Of a stretch of 40,163 bases of DNA, positions 9,858 through 18,056 are shown one piece after another. Below the pieces are notes generated by a model. The model saw only the letters and a list, made by a program, of their open reading frames with translations, was not told the DNA's origin and did not search any database. The translations under genes were made by a program, and so were the position numbers. Source of the stretch: an uncultured Elusimicrobiales bacterium (lineage in GTDB: Bacteria; Elusimicrobiota; Elusimicrobia; Elusimicrobiales; Elusimicrobiaceae); assembly GCA_944324735.1 (NCBI GenBank), contig CALUXL010000106.1, positions 1-40,163 on the forward strand, written 5' to 3'. Positions within the stretch are counted from its first letter, which is position 1; each line of letters opens with the position of its first letter.

Positions 9858-10561
9858 TTATTTGGCGCCGTGTTTAGGGTAGGGTAAAAATACAAAACGC
9901 TCGTCTTGTGCCAGGCGTATTTCACCCCATACGGGGTGGCCTTTAATAATTAAAAGGGCGCTTACGCGGTGTATCCAGGAAAGGGGAACATCATGCGGGA
10001 TGGAAACGATACGCTCGTTACTTACGCGTTTTAAATGGATGATAACGGGGATATGGTCATCAAAGCGGGTGCCTTCCAGCGCAAAGGAGAGGGCCAGTTT
10101 CAGGTCCGGGGTGGCATAGATGGCTTTTTGATTGTCCGGGTATTGGCGGCCGTCATAAGCGGCAAAATTGCGGGAGTGGGTTTTGGATACTTCCAGCCCT
10201 TGTTTTAAAATGTGGCGCAGTTGCTGGCCGGTGGCGTCTAAGGTCATGCCTCGGTATAGCTCGGTTTCCTGTTCGGGGAGGGGAAAGGCCGGCAAGCGGT
10301 GCATGCGGGCATAATAGGCGCTGGTGTATTCCAGCGAGTTAAAAAACAAAGGGGCTTTTTTGGCGGCTTGCGCCTGGGATATGGCACTGCGGCGGGCTAA
10401 GGCCTGTTGCACGCGTTTGGACAGGGCGGATAATTTGCCCTCACAGCGCTGGCTGAATGCTTTTAGCATTTGTTTAATAGGCGGCTGCGCCTGCGCCGGC
10501 TGGGGGCAGAGGCCTAGAAACAAAAAAAAGTGAGGATAAACGCGTAAAAAGGGGTTTTCAT
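9858..10561 (-). pseudogene. Secreted ART/Tpt1-like paralog 3, frameshifted in a T8 run within the signal peptide
   Basis: ATG at 10561 reads MKTPFYAFILTFFCF-stop. One extra T at 10522-10529 gives MKTPFYAFILTFFLFLGLCPQPAQA joined to the 221-aa ORF (LYRG..ILKQGL..IYAT). Confidence 0.65.
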
Positions 10562-10600
10562 TTTATTTATTCTAGCTGTTTTAATACTTTAAAGGCATGA

Positions 10601-10634
10601 GCCATTGGGCCTATATTCCCCCGGTTTTTAGGCC
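10601..10634 (-). promoter_or_regulatory. Conserved upstream motif, copy 2
   Basis: GCCATTGGGCCTATAT...TTTTAGGCC, 15/16 identical to copy 1, 40 bp upstream of ATG 10561. Confidence 0.55.
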
Positions 10635-10652
10635 CATTTTGTGCGTCCCAAT

Positions 10653-10681
10653 AAAAAAACCCGCGTTGAAACGCGGGTTTT
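10653..10681 (-). terminator. Intrinsic terminator of the original (interrupted) tRNA gene
   Basis: Minus strand AAAACCCGCGT-TTCA-ACGCGGGTTTTTTT directly after the tRNA 3' remnant. Confidence 0.8.
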
Positions 10682-10687
10682 AAATAC

Positions 10688-10701
10688 TGCGCCCACCAGG
10701 A
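10688..10701 (-). other. Prophage att core: 3' end of a tRNA gene (probably tRNA-Arg)
   Basis: Minus strand TCCTGG-TGGGCGC-A matches the 3' T-arm strand, acceptor strand and discriminator. No upstream tRNA body; lies ~135 bp from the integrase stop. Confidence 0.7.
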
Positions 10702-10819
10702 CCATAACAATATCTGATATTTTGTATAGGAACGCCTAAAATATAGTTCTTGTTCCGTCTATATTGGTTCTTTTAAGGTTCCTGTTCAACCCCTTTAAGT
10801 ACCCTATATTTTAAAAAAA

Positions 10820-10841
10820 TTTTACTACAATTTTTACTACA
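10820..10841 (+). repeat. Tandem TTTTACTACA direct repeats, likely integrase arm-type sites
   Basis: Two exact 10-mers (10820-29, 10832-41) between the att core and the integrase end. Confidence 0.5.
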
Positions 10842-11934
10842 CTTTGGGTAACTTTTCCACCGCGCCAGCCAGGGTGACGGGGGATAAGTGGGCGTAAATT
10901 TCGGTAGTTTTTATGCTGCTGTGCCCCAACAGTTTGGAAACAGTGTATAAGTCTACCCCTGCTTGCACCAAATGGCTGGCGTATGTATGCCGCAACTTAT
11001 GTAGGCCGCCTTGAAGCCCGGCTTTTTTTACAAATTTCGCAAATTTGACGGAAAGCCCTTCCAGGGTTAAGGGGTCCCCATAATAATCATACATGACACG
11101 TTTGCATTTGGGAGAATGCGGCAAAACCCGAAGATAGGAAAGCAAATCCGCCGAGAGGGGGATGTCCCGGCATTCGTTGGTCTTGGGTGTCCAGCCGGGT
11201 TTAGGCTGTACGGTAAGGGTCTTTTTAGTGAAATCTATGTCCCCCCACTCCAAAAATACCATTTCCCCCCTACGCAGGCCCGCCCGCGCCCCCAGCAATG
11301 TGGCGGTTTTATAGGGGCAGTATCCACCGTGTTCTTCGGCCTTTTCGTCCGCGCACTTTAGCACTTGGGCTAATTCCTGCGGGGTAAAGAAATCCACGCG
11401 CCCTTTGGGAGTTTTAAACTTTTTAATGCGTGACAGCTTCATTTCCGGCAGCAGTTCCCACTCCGCCCCTTTGCGAAGCGCGCACTTTACCGCACGTACC
11501 ATACGGTTTATCCCCTCGTTTGACATAAGGCCCATGGGGCGCTTATCCTTTTTGGGGTTATATGTGGCGGCAAGTTTATCTGAAGTATTTTTAAGCCAGG
11601 TTTGGAAGTTTTCCACAAGGTCGAGGTTTATTTCTTCCAGCGTTTTTGGAGAGGCAAACTCTTCAAAATAATTAAGGGCGCGGCGGTCGTGCCCCAGGGT
11701 AATGGGGCTTTTGTTGGCGCGGGACCAGTCCAAATACCGCTGTTTAAATGCTGCCCATGTGCTGGTGCCGTATTTGGAGCGGGATTTGCTTTCCGCCTTG
11801 ATGTCTGCCAGCATGCGCTGGGCCGCCGCCTTGTTTTCACACAAGGCACACTGTTTGCGCTTGCCGTTAACCATAACAGAACCCCAATATACCGGGGAGC
11901 CGGCGCGCTTATAGACAGAAGGTAGTTTAGGCAT
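10837..11934 (-). CDS. int: Tyrosine recombinase / phage integrase
   Basis: LRRGE, PKT, HKLRHTYAS, LLGHS, TEIYAH catalytic motifs. Confidence 0.96.
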   Translation of the reverse strand: MPKLPSVYKRAGSPVYWGSVMVNGKRKQCALCENKAAAQRMLADIKAESKSRSKYGTSTWAAFKQRYLDWSRANKSPITLGHDRRALNYFEEFASPKTLEEINLDLVENFQTWLKNTSDKLAATYNPKKDKRPMGLMSNEGINRMVRAVKCALRKGAEWELLPEMKLSRIKKFKTPKGRVDFFTPQELAQVLKCADEKAEEHGGYCPYKTATLLGARAGLRRGEMVFLEWGDIDFTKKTLTVQPKPGWTPKTNECRDIPLSADLLSYLRVLPHSPKCKRVMYDYYGDPLTLEGLSVKFAKFVKKAGLQGGLHKLRHTYASHLVQAGVDLYTVSKLLGHSSIKTTEIYAHLSPVTLAGAVEKLPKV

Positions 11935-11942
11935 AGAAAGAC

Positions 11943-12773
11943 TTATAATCCTAAAGAAGGGCTAAAAAACATTACTTCGGATCCTTGGTAATGTTCTTTA
12001 ACGCTGTAATTTAAACTGTATGTTTTACAGCGGTGAGGCGTGTACAATTTGCGGACTTCTTTAACGTTGTCGTAAGATACTATCCAATGTTTTGAGTACT
12101 TTTTTATATTGTTAGACAAGTTGAGGTGGTCCTTATCTGAGAAGTGATTATAATATAAAGAAGCTCCTTTAACATAATAGGGAGGGTCTAAAAAAACTAA
12201 ACTTTTTTCTGGCAATTCTATTTCCATTCTAGATAAGAAAGCAGAGGCTTCGTCATTAGACAAGTATATCTGGGGTTTAAGTTCGGAAATTCTGAGGATT
12301 TTATCTGCCAGAGCTACTTTATTAAACCTAGCATCTATTTTATATTTACCAGTTTGTTTTTTCCCACCAATAATACCACCGCGGACTACACCGGATACAT
12401 TGGTTCGGTTTAAGAAAAAAGTAGAAAAGCCAAGCTCAAACAAAGAAGCCTTTTCTTTGTTGAATTGGACAGCAAGTTGGCGTTCGTGTTCTTCCACGGT
12501 TATTGGTGTTTTTTGCATTGTGCAAATAAGCCGTTCTGGCTCATTTAGCACGGAGTGCCAAAATGCATAAATAGAACGATCTAAATCGTTTATATATATT
12601 CTGGACACAAACCCGGAAAACAATAGATTTAAGGCCAAACCCGCCCCCCCAGCAAATGGTTCGGCATAAGCTCCGCCCACTAGGTCGTTTTTATTCAACA
12701 GTTCTTTTATTTGCGTAGCAAGACAAGCCTTACCACCGGGATAACGCAAGGGAGACCAGTTTTTATGTTTCAT
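11943..12773 (-). CDS. DNA adenine methyltransferase, Dam/D12 class
   Basis: SPLRYPGGK, EPFAGGAG, INDLD, FLNRT, FLDPPYY. Confidence 0.92.
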   Translation of the reverse strand: MKHKNWSPLRYPGGKACLATQIKELLNKNDLVGGAYAEPFAGGAGLALNLLFSGFVSRIYINDLDRSIYAFWHSVLNEPERLICTMQKTPITVEEHERQLAVQFNKEKASLFELGFSTFFLNRTNVSGVVRGGIIGGKKQTGKYKIDARFNKVALADKILRISELKPQIYLSNDEASAFLSRMEIELPEKSLVFLDPPYYVKGASLYYNHFSDKDHLNLSNNIKKYSKHWIVSYDNVKEVRKLYTPHRCKTYSLNYSVKEHYQGSEVMFFSPSLGL

Positions 12774-12813
12774 GTGAATATATTAACAAATAAATTTTGT
12801 TTTGGCCATAGTT

Positions 12814-14397
12814 TTATTCTATGGGATCAATTTCTAGTTTTTTTGCCAAAACATTACAGGCTTTTTTAAAGTCTTTTATGAAATTTGTACACCCGTCAGG
12901 ATGACGTTCTTTCCACAAAGTAAATAGCTTAAGTTGGATTGTTGTTTTTTTAAAAAATCGTTTAGCAAATTGCTTCTGTTCGCTGGAGCCTTGTGGATAA
13001 GAATCAAATTTAGCAGGCAAAAAATCTTTTAATATTACATCCTGTTTTATTCCGAAGCGTTTTTTAAAGTCTTCTGTATCCATATCTTTGATTAATTTAT
13101 AAACAGCCACCTCAAAACATTCTTCTTCTGGTAGAGGTACAATAGTTCCGGCTTTTTGAGCGATATGTTTTTGGGAAGGAGAAAGAACCTTTTTCCAGTC
13201 CCCATCCATCACAATAATACCGTGGTGTAAGTCATAAAATTTTTTTTGATATAAGGTAATATATTGCGGCAAACCTATGGATATGGTTTGAAATGATACA
13301 CGATTTCGAATATCTATTGGTAAAATTCTAGAGGCCAACATTGTTGCCGTTGTATCCTCACAGTAGACTTTTATTTTTTCAGGCTTGTAATCAATCAACT
13401 CTAAATCGGCCTCGACCTCTTTGTAACCGCGCATAGTAACTATATCTTTGATTTTTATTCCACTGGTTTCTCTTTCCAAGAATAATACTTTATGGTTTTT
13501 ACCAGAAACATCAGGCAATGATAATTTTTTTAGTTCGTCCAACATGACTTTAGAATGAGAGGTAAACACAATTTGTAAATCCAATTCCTGTGCTTTGTTA
13601 GCTAAAAATTCTAACATCTTACGTTGGGCCCATGGATGTAATGTTACATCCAGTTCATCTATAAGCAAAATACCACCTTTGTATTCACTAGGGTATTTGG
13701 TCTTTAGATTCTGGAACGACAGCACTGCTATGATAATTTTGGCTACATTTCCTTGCCCTGCCGAATTGGTTAAATAGGAGCAATCACTAGCATTAACCCC
13801 CTCGAAAATATCCGTACCACTTTTGGCAATAACAGGAACGGCCGTTACAGGGGATATATCCGTTAAAATAGAGGCATAAGCCGAAGTGAATTCGTCTTTT
13901 AACCCATTGTCTTCCAAGCGTATAGTAGGGGATTTTTTGTGCAAATCGCTTTCTCCAATTGGATTTAAGCGTCTTAAGCTCAAATAGTATACTGGGCGTT
14001 CTACATAATTTATTTTGGAATTTTTATCTTTTGCATACCAAAATCGAATCGGATTTTTTTCGTTATATCGAGGATAACTTTTAATAGGATATTCAGATAT
14101 ATGATCTGTTACACTTTCGTTTAAATACAATGTCCATTGGTGAGAGCCAATCTCTTCATATTTGATGTCAAACTTAAACTTTTCAGCCATTTGGGATTTG
14201 AAATTATATCCATCCAAGGACTTTTCTTTAGCGAAGATATGATCATCCGGTATCGTGAAACCTTGGCTGATAATACCTAACAAGGTGGATTTTTGGGTTT
14301 TGTTTCTTCCAAAAATTCCAGTTAGCCATTTACCCAAGGTAAATTCTTGGTTTTCTATTGCCCGAAATTTAGTAATATGGACTTTATCAATAATCAT
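12814..14397 (-). CDS. ABC-type ATPase fused to TOPRIM-like nuclease (OLD-like)
   Basis: Variant Walker A GRNKTQKST, signature SAGQ, Walker B LLIDELD, H-loop FTSHS; C-terminal VYCED and MDGD; GGAGG RBS. Confidence 0.8.
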   Translation of the reverse strand: MIIDKVHITKFRAIENQEFTLGKWLTGIFGRNKTQKSTLLGIISQGFTIPDDHIFAKEKSLDGYNFKSQMAEKFKFDIKYEEIGSHQWTLYLNESVTDHISEYPIKSYPRYNEKNPIRFWYAKDKNSKINYVERPVYYLSLRRLNPIGESDLHKKSPTIRLEDNGLKDEFTSAYASILTDISPVTAVPVIAKSGTDIFEGVNASDCSYLTNSAGQGNVAKIIIAVLSFQNLKTKYPSEYKGGILLIDELDVTLHPWAQRKMLEFLANKAQELDLQIVFTSHSKVMLDELKKLSLPDVSGKNHKVLFLERETSGIKIKDIVTMRGYKEVEADLELIDYKPEKIKVYCEDTTATMLASRILPIDIRNRVSFQTISIGLPQYITLYQKKFYDLHHGIIVMDGDWKKVLSPSQKHIAQKAGTIVPLPEEECFEVAVYKLIKDMDTEDFKKRFGIKQDVILKDFLPAKFDSYPQGSSEQKQFAKRFFKKTTIQLKLFTLWKERHPDGCTNFIKDFKKACNVLAKKLEIDPIE

Positions 14398-14467
14398 TAT
14401 TTTGCCTCCACCATAGGGTACGGCGTGGGTGTTTTTAATTCAATACCCCGCCGGAGCGGGGTTTAGG

Positions 14468-15283
14468 TTATTTTAACTTTATGTAACAATAATTTAAGTG
14501 ATTAATAAGTTGATTATAATATTTCTTCATTAATTCTTGGGAAATATCATATTCTCCAAACATATAGGAAAAAATGTCTGTTTCAAACACATTAATAAAA
14601 ACCATTGTATGGGAATTTCTTGCAAGGCGAACGTCTAAATCAGATACTCTGCGTGTTTCATATGGCGTACCTGTGATTAAACTCAAAGGGGTTATTTTGG
14701 CCTTTTGGGCGATTTCCCAAACTTTGTGGGCCTCTTTATAGGTTTCCCAATCATCTTTATTACAGGGGGCAGAAAGGGCCTTTTTTAACACATCTCCCTT
14801 TGCTTGTTGTTCTTCCTTTTTTTGAGCGATCCTTTCATTACGTGTTTGTTCACTTTCATAAGATACAGGTAAGATATCATCTGAATTATCCCGGGTCTTA
14901 ATTTCTATCGTTTCCCCCTCAGGAGATTTTGCCATCAACACAAAAGCATATTTATTATTTCCACAGTAATTGATACCGGGCATACAATATTCTTTGTCCG
15001 ACACTACAACATCTTCTATAACAAAAGATTTTTCATCTTCCGTCTGGTATATTTTTTTGCCCAGCCAAATAGCAGAAAGTCTTTCTTTTTGCTTTTGTTG
15101 CTCTTCTTCGCGCTGTGCTTTTTCTTCCGATTCGTATTTGATTTTTGCCGCAGCAGTTGCTTCTTTCTCGGTTTTTACAGGGGTATCCAAGCGATAAGAT
15201 TTTCCATTATAGTATCCCACATAATGCGTAGCGCACCCCGTTAATACGGCGGCAGCACAAAATAATAAAAATATTTTTTTCAT
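14468..15283 (-). CDS. Prophage lipoprotein (possible superinfection exclusion)
   Basis: MKKIFLLFCAAAVLTGC lipobox; located in the cI operon. Confidence 0.7.
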   Translation of the reverse strand: MKKIFLLFCAAAVLTGCATHYVGYYNGKSYRLDTPVKTEKEATAAAKIKYESEEKAQREEEQQKQKERLSAIWLGKKIYQTEDEKSFVIEDVVVSDKEYCMPGINYCGNNKYAFVLMAKSPEGETIEIKTRDNSDDILPVSYESEQTRNERIAQKKEEQQAKGDVLKKALSAPCNKDDWETYKEAHKVWEIAQKAKITPLSLITGTPYETRRVSDLDVRLARNSHTMVFINVFETDIFSYMFGEYDISQELMKKYYNQLINHLNYCYIKLK

Positions 15284-15342
15284 ATATTTTTTCCCTTAAT
15301 GTATTGTTATTATAATATTTATTACATACATTGTTAGTTAAA

Positions 15343-16308
15343 CTAATCTTCGGAAGCTTCTTCCATAGATACTAAATGCGGCTTGTTATAAGCAACTTTT
15401 TCAAAAGCCACATCCAGCAATTCTGCATCTTTAATTTTATTTTCATTTACTCTTGCATTAATAACGCAGAATATAGGTTTGCGCTGGAATAAACTCGCTT
15501 GGATAATGGGAAGTTTTTGATCATTAAATAAAGAGTTAGGTAATAACACACTAAACGAAGATGCTTCTTTCTGAAGAGAACATTTAAAACCGCCATCTTC
15601 CAATTGTTCTACTTTTTCTATTACATAAAAATCGTCTAAGCGAGTTTGGTCAAAAGAAGACCTCGTCTGCTTCAATATATTGGCTATATCTTCTTGGGAA
15701 AACACAGTATCACCAATTTGGACAGATTTATTTACAGCCAAAGGCTTTATGATATCTTTTTTAACGGATATACTACGCGCACAGATATCAGCCGTACGCT
15801 CATTTGCACGGCTAAGGGCTTCAATGGCTTTATTATATTTTGCCGCCTCTGTGTTCTGGATATTTTGATTTTCTTTGCTTTTCAAATATGAATCATAGGC
15901 GCCTTTGCCAAAATAAGCCACAATGAATGCAACAAAAACAATTGTAATATCTGTTCCGTTCATATGTTTTAATATTTCATCTACAATGGGCTTAATAGCC
16001 ACGATAAACTCGGTACATCCTTCTTTTACCTTTACTTGTAATTGCAAAGACTGTTTTTCTGAATCAGTAAGTTTTTTGTTTGGATTACCATATCTAATGA
16101 TAGCATAAGAATGATATATTTCTTCCTGCAAAGTTGAAAAACTTTGCATAAAACTATACCCAATAAGCATATCACGATTGGGGTCTTTAATCAATAAAGT
16201 AGGCCATTCTTCTATAACGAAAGAATAATCCTTAACAGCATTAATATCCAGTTCTGGATCAGAAAAAAACTCTATAATTTCTTGTCCGTTTGCAAAGGTT
16301 TGCTCCAT
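15343..16308 (-). CDS. Hypothetical prophage protein with one central hydrophobic helix (start revised to MEQTF)
   Basis: 321-aa ORF; GAGGG RBS before 16308; low GC. Confidence 0.75.
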   Translation of the reverse strand: MEQTFANGQEIIEFFSDPELDINAVKDYSFVIEEWPTLLIKDPNRDMLIGYSFMQSFSTLQEEIYHSYAIIRYGNPNKKLTDSEKQSLQLQVKVKEGCTEFIVAIKPIVDEILKHMNGTDITIVFVAFIVAYFGKGAYDSYLKSKENQNIQNTEAAKYNKAIEALSRANERTADICARSISVKKDIIKPLAVNKSVQIGDTVFSQEDIANILKQTRSSFDQTRLDDFYVIEKVEQLEDGGFKCSLQKEASSFSVLLPNSLFNDQKLPIIQASLFQRKPIFCVINARVNENKIKDAELLDVAFEKVAYNKPHLVSMEEASED

Positions 16309-16404
16309 TATTTTCCCTCTTACATTAAACCAAGCCAGTTTTCTTTGTCTTGGCGGCTCCAAGAGCCAATAATCAGCCCGATTTTTATAATTACAGCCAC
16401 ATTT

Positions 16405-16998
16405 TTATTGAATATTTAGCTCCTTTCGTGCTTCTAGGTCCGCATCACGAATTAAATCATTTAAACAATTAACAATCTTTTTAAACTTTTCTTTTGCTTC
16501 TTTTTCATTCTTGCTTCCACTTATTTGATTAAAAATCTCTCCTACATTTACTAATTCGTTGCTGATATTTTTTATTGAATGTCTAATCGATTTAGAAAAA
16601 TATAAAGTATTTTCATTAAAAATTTTATGAAAATATTCGGCAGCTTCACTTACTTGACCTTTTAACGCAATATGATTTGCTTTTTCTTCCAAAGAAAGCA
16701 TATCAAAAGGCCCTTCTTCTAATAGCAATAAGTTCAAAGGATCTATAATGTTATTAAGACTATGAAATAATTTTGTATAGGCTTGGTGTTTTTTTTCTAA
16801 GGACAACGTACATTTATACTTTTCAATTTCCAAAGGCATAATGAAAAACTGGGAACATAAAACTGCCCCCATGATACTTATTATTGCTACGGCTATTTCC
16901 ATCTGTCCTATATCATAAAAAATTCTCGCCCCAAACAAAAACAAGGAAAGAGTTACTAACCACAAAATATAAACTTTGAATTTTTTATAGAAAATCAT
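16405..16998 (-). CDS. Hypothetical membrane protein with two N-terminal TM helices
   Basis: Start MIFYKK overlaps the cI stop; two hydrophobic segments followed by a helical domain. Confidence 0.65.
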   Translation of the reverse strand: MIFYKKFKVYILWLVTLSLFLFGARIFYDIGQMEIAVAIISIMGAVLCSQFFIMPLEIEKYKCTLSLEKKHQAYTKLFHSLNNIIDPLNLLLLEEGPFDMLSLEEKANHIALKGQVSEAAEYFHKIFNENTLYFSKSIRHSIKNISNELVNVGEIFNQISGSKNEKEAKEKFKKIVNCLNDLIRDADLEARKELNIQ

Positions 16999-17629
16999 CT
17001 TTTCGAAAAACTCCCTTGTATACGCCCTTAATAAACACATTCTTTAACGGTTTTATAATGGCTTTAAATTTTTCTGTATTAATAGGGCGTAATTCTGCTT
17101 CGCTACCTGTTACAAATAATCTTTTTAATGTATATTCCTCGTCAACAACCGCTAAAACAATTTGTCCATCGTAATCAGTGTATTCTTGTTTCTTCAAAAT
17201 CACATATTCCCCATCTTTGATGGTAGGCTCCATACAGCTTCCTTTGACCTTAACTGCAAAAATACGTTTATCTTTCGTAGGTAAAGGAACGAAATCTATA
17301 GGGTCTTCTGTTAAGTTACTGCCTTTAAAGGTGGCAGCAGAAACAATACCCCACACAGGTATAAATTGAACATCTTCTGGAGAAAAAACATTTTCCAAAT
17401 TTTCCGATAAAAAAGCATCCTTTACTTTTTGTAAAGGTTGTCCCAATACTTTTGCAATGGCTTGTATATTTTCTTCAGAGGGTAACTGAATACCATTCAT
17501 CCATCGAGTAATAGCACTTTGAGTCAGAGCCAACTCTTTAGCCAACTTTGCCTGTGCGCCTCTTAAAACCCCTCCATTCCATTCTTGTAAGAGTTTTTCT
17601 TTTCTGTTCATATTTTCGTTCCTATTCAT
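16985..17629 (-). CDS. cI: CI-like repressor, XRE HTH plus S24 peptidase domain (start 17629 or 17611)
   Basis: QAKLAKELALTQSAITRWMNG HTH; IPVWGIVSAA, VKGSCMEP, TLKRL. Confidence 0.9.
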   Translation of the reverse strand: MNRNENMNRKEKLLQEWNGGVLRGAQAKLAKELALTQSAITRWMNGIQLPSEENIQAIAKVLGQPLQKVKDAFLSENLENVFSPEDVQFIPVWGIVSAATFKGSNLTEDPIDFVPLPTKDKRIFAVKVKGSCMEPTIKDGEYVILKKQEYTDYDGQIVLAVVDEEYTLKRLFVTGSEAELRPINTEKFKAIIKPLKNVFIKGVYKGVFRKDDFL

Positions 17630-17654
17630 AAAATAAGGCAAAACAACACACCTC

Positions 17655-17689
17655 TTGACAAATCAATCAAATTTGATTAAGATTGATTT
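17655..17689 (+). promoter_or_regulatory. Early rightward promoter with overlapping operators
   Basis: TTGACA-17-TAAGAT; perfect palindrome AATCAAATTTGATT (17665-78) nested in the inverted repeat AAATCAATC/GATTGATTT. Confidence 0.8.
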
Positions 17690-17724
17690 ATAAGGCGCAA
17701 ATCCTTGTAAAAAAGAGGTTCAGC

Positions 17725-17838
17725 ATGGCAGATAAAGGCAAGCCAAATTACACAACTTACGTGGACGAGTTAACTGGTTTTTTAATTATAGAAGCTAACC
17801 GCCCGGTAATTGTTAAGCCTTTATCTTCCCGAGAATAG
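17725..17838 (+). CDS. 37-aa ORF, first gene of the rightward transcript (not in ORF track)
   Basis: AGAGGT RBS; MADKGKPNYTTYVDELTGFLIIEANRPVIVKPLSSRE. Confidence 0.45.
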   Translation: MADKGKPNYTTYVDELTGFLIIEANRPVIVKPLSSRE

Positions 17839-18037
17839 GTTCAATTTTCAAAGGTTTGTTGGCGGTAATTGTAAAATTCCCGTCATTTTGAAAAGCAACA
17901 ACGATAATAAGCCCGTTCTCATATTCAAGTGTTTGGCTGGTAAGTCTTCTGTCTTCCGCTTCATGGTAGTTCATATAACTGCGCACTAAACGTGCCGGGG
18001 CAGAAAACTTAAAAGTTTTACTTGTTTTTCCAAACAT
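17813..18037 (-). CDS. Hypothetical 74-aa protein
   Basis: AGAGGT RBS; beta-strand-like pattern. Confidence 0.6.
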   Translation of the reverse strand: MFGKTSKTFKFSAPARLVRSYMNYHEAEDRRLTSQTLEYENGLIIVVAFQNDGNFTITANKPLKIEPILGKIKA

Positions 18038-18056
18038 AAAAACCTCTTAAAATATA

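Noticed and set aside
10688-10760. Complete tRNA gene
   Set aside because: Only 14 bp of the 3' end match; no T-loop GTTCGA, anticodon arm or D arm.
12814-14397. Retron, Gabija or Septu assignment for the ATPase
   Set aside because: No reverse transcriptase, UvrD helicase or adjacent HNH gene in the operon.
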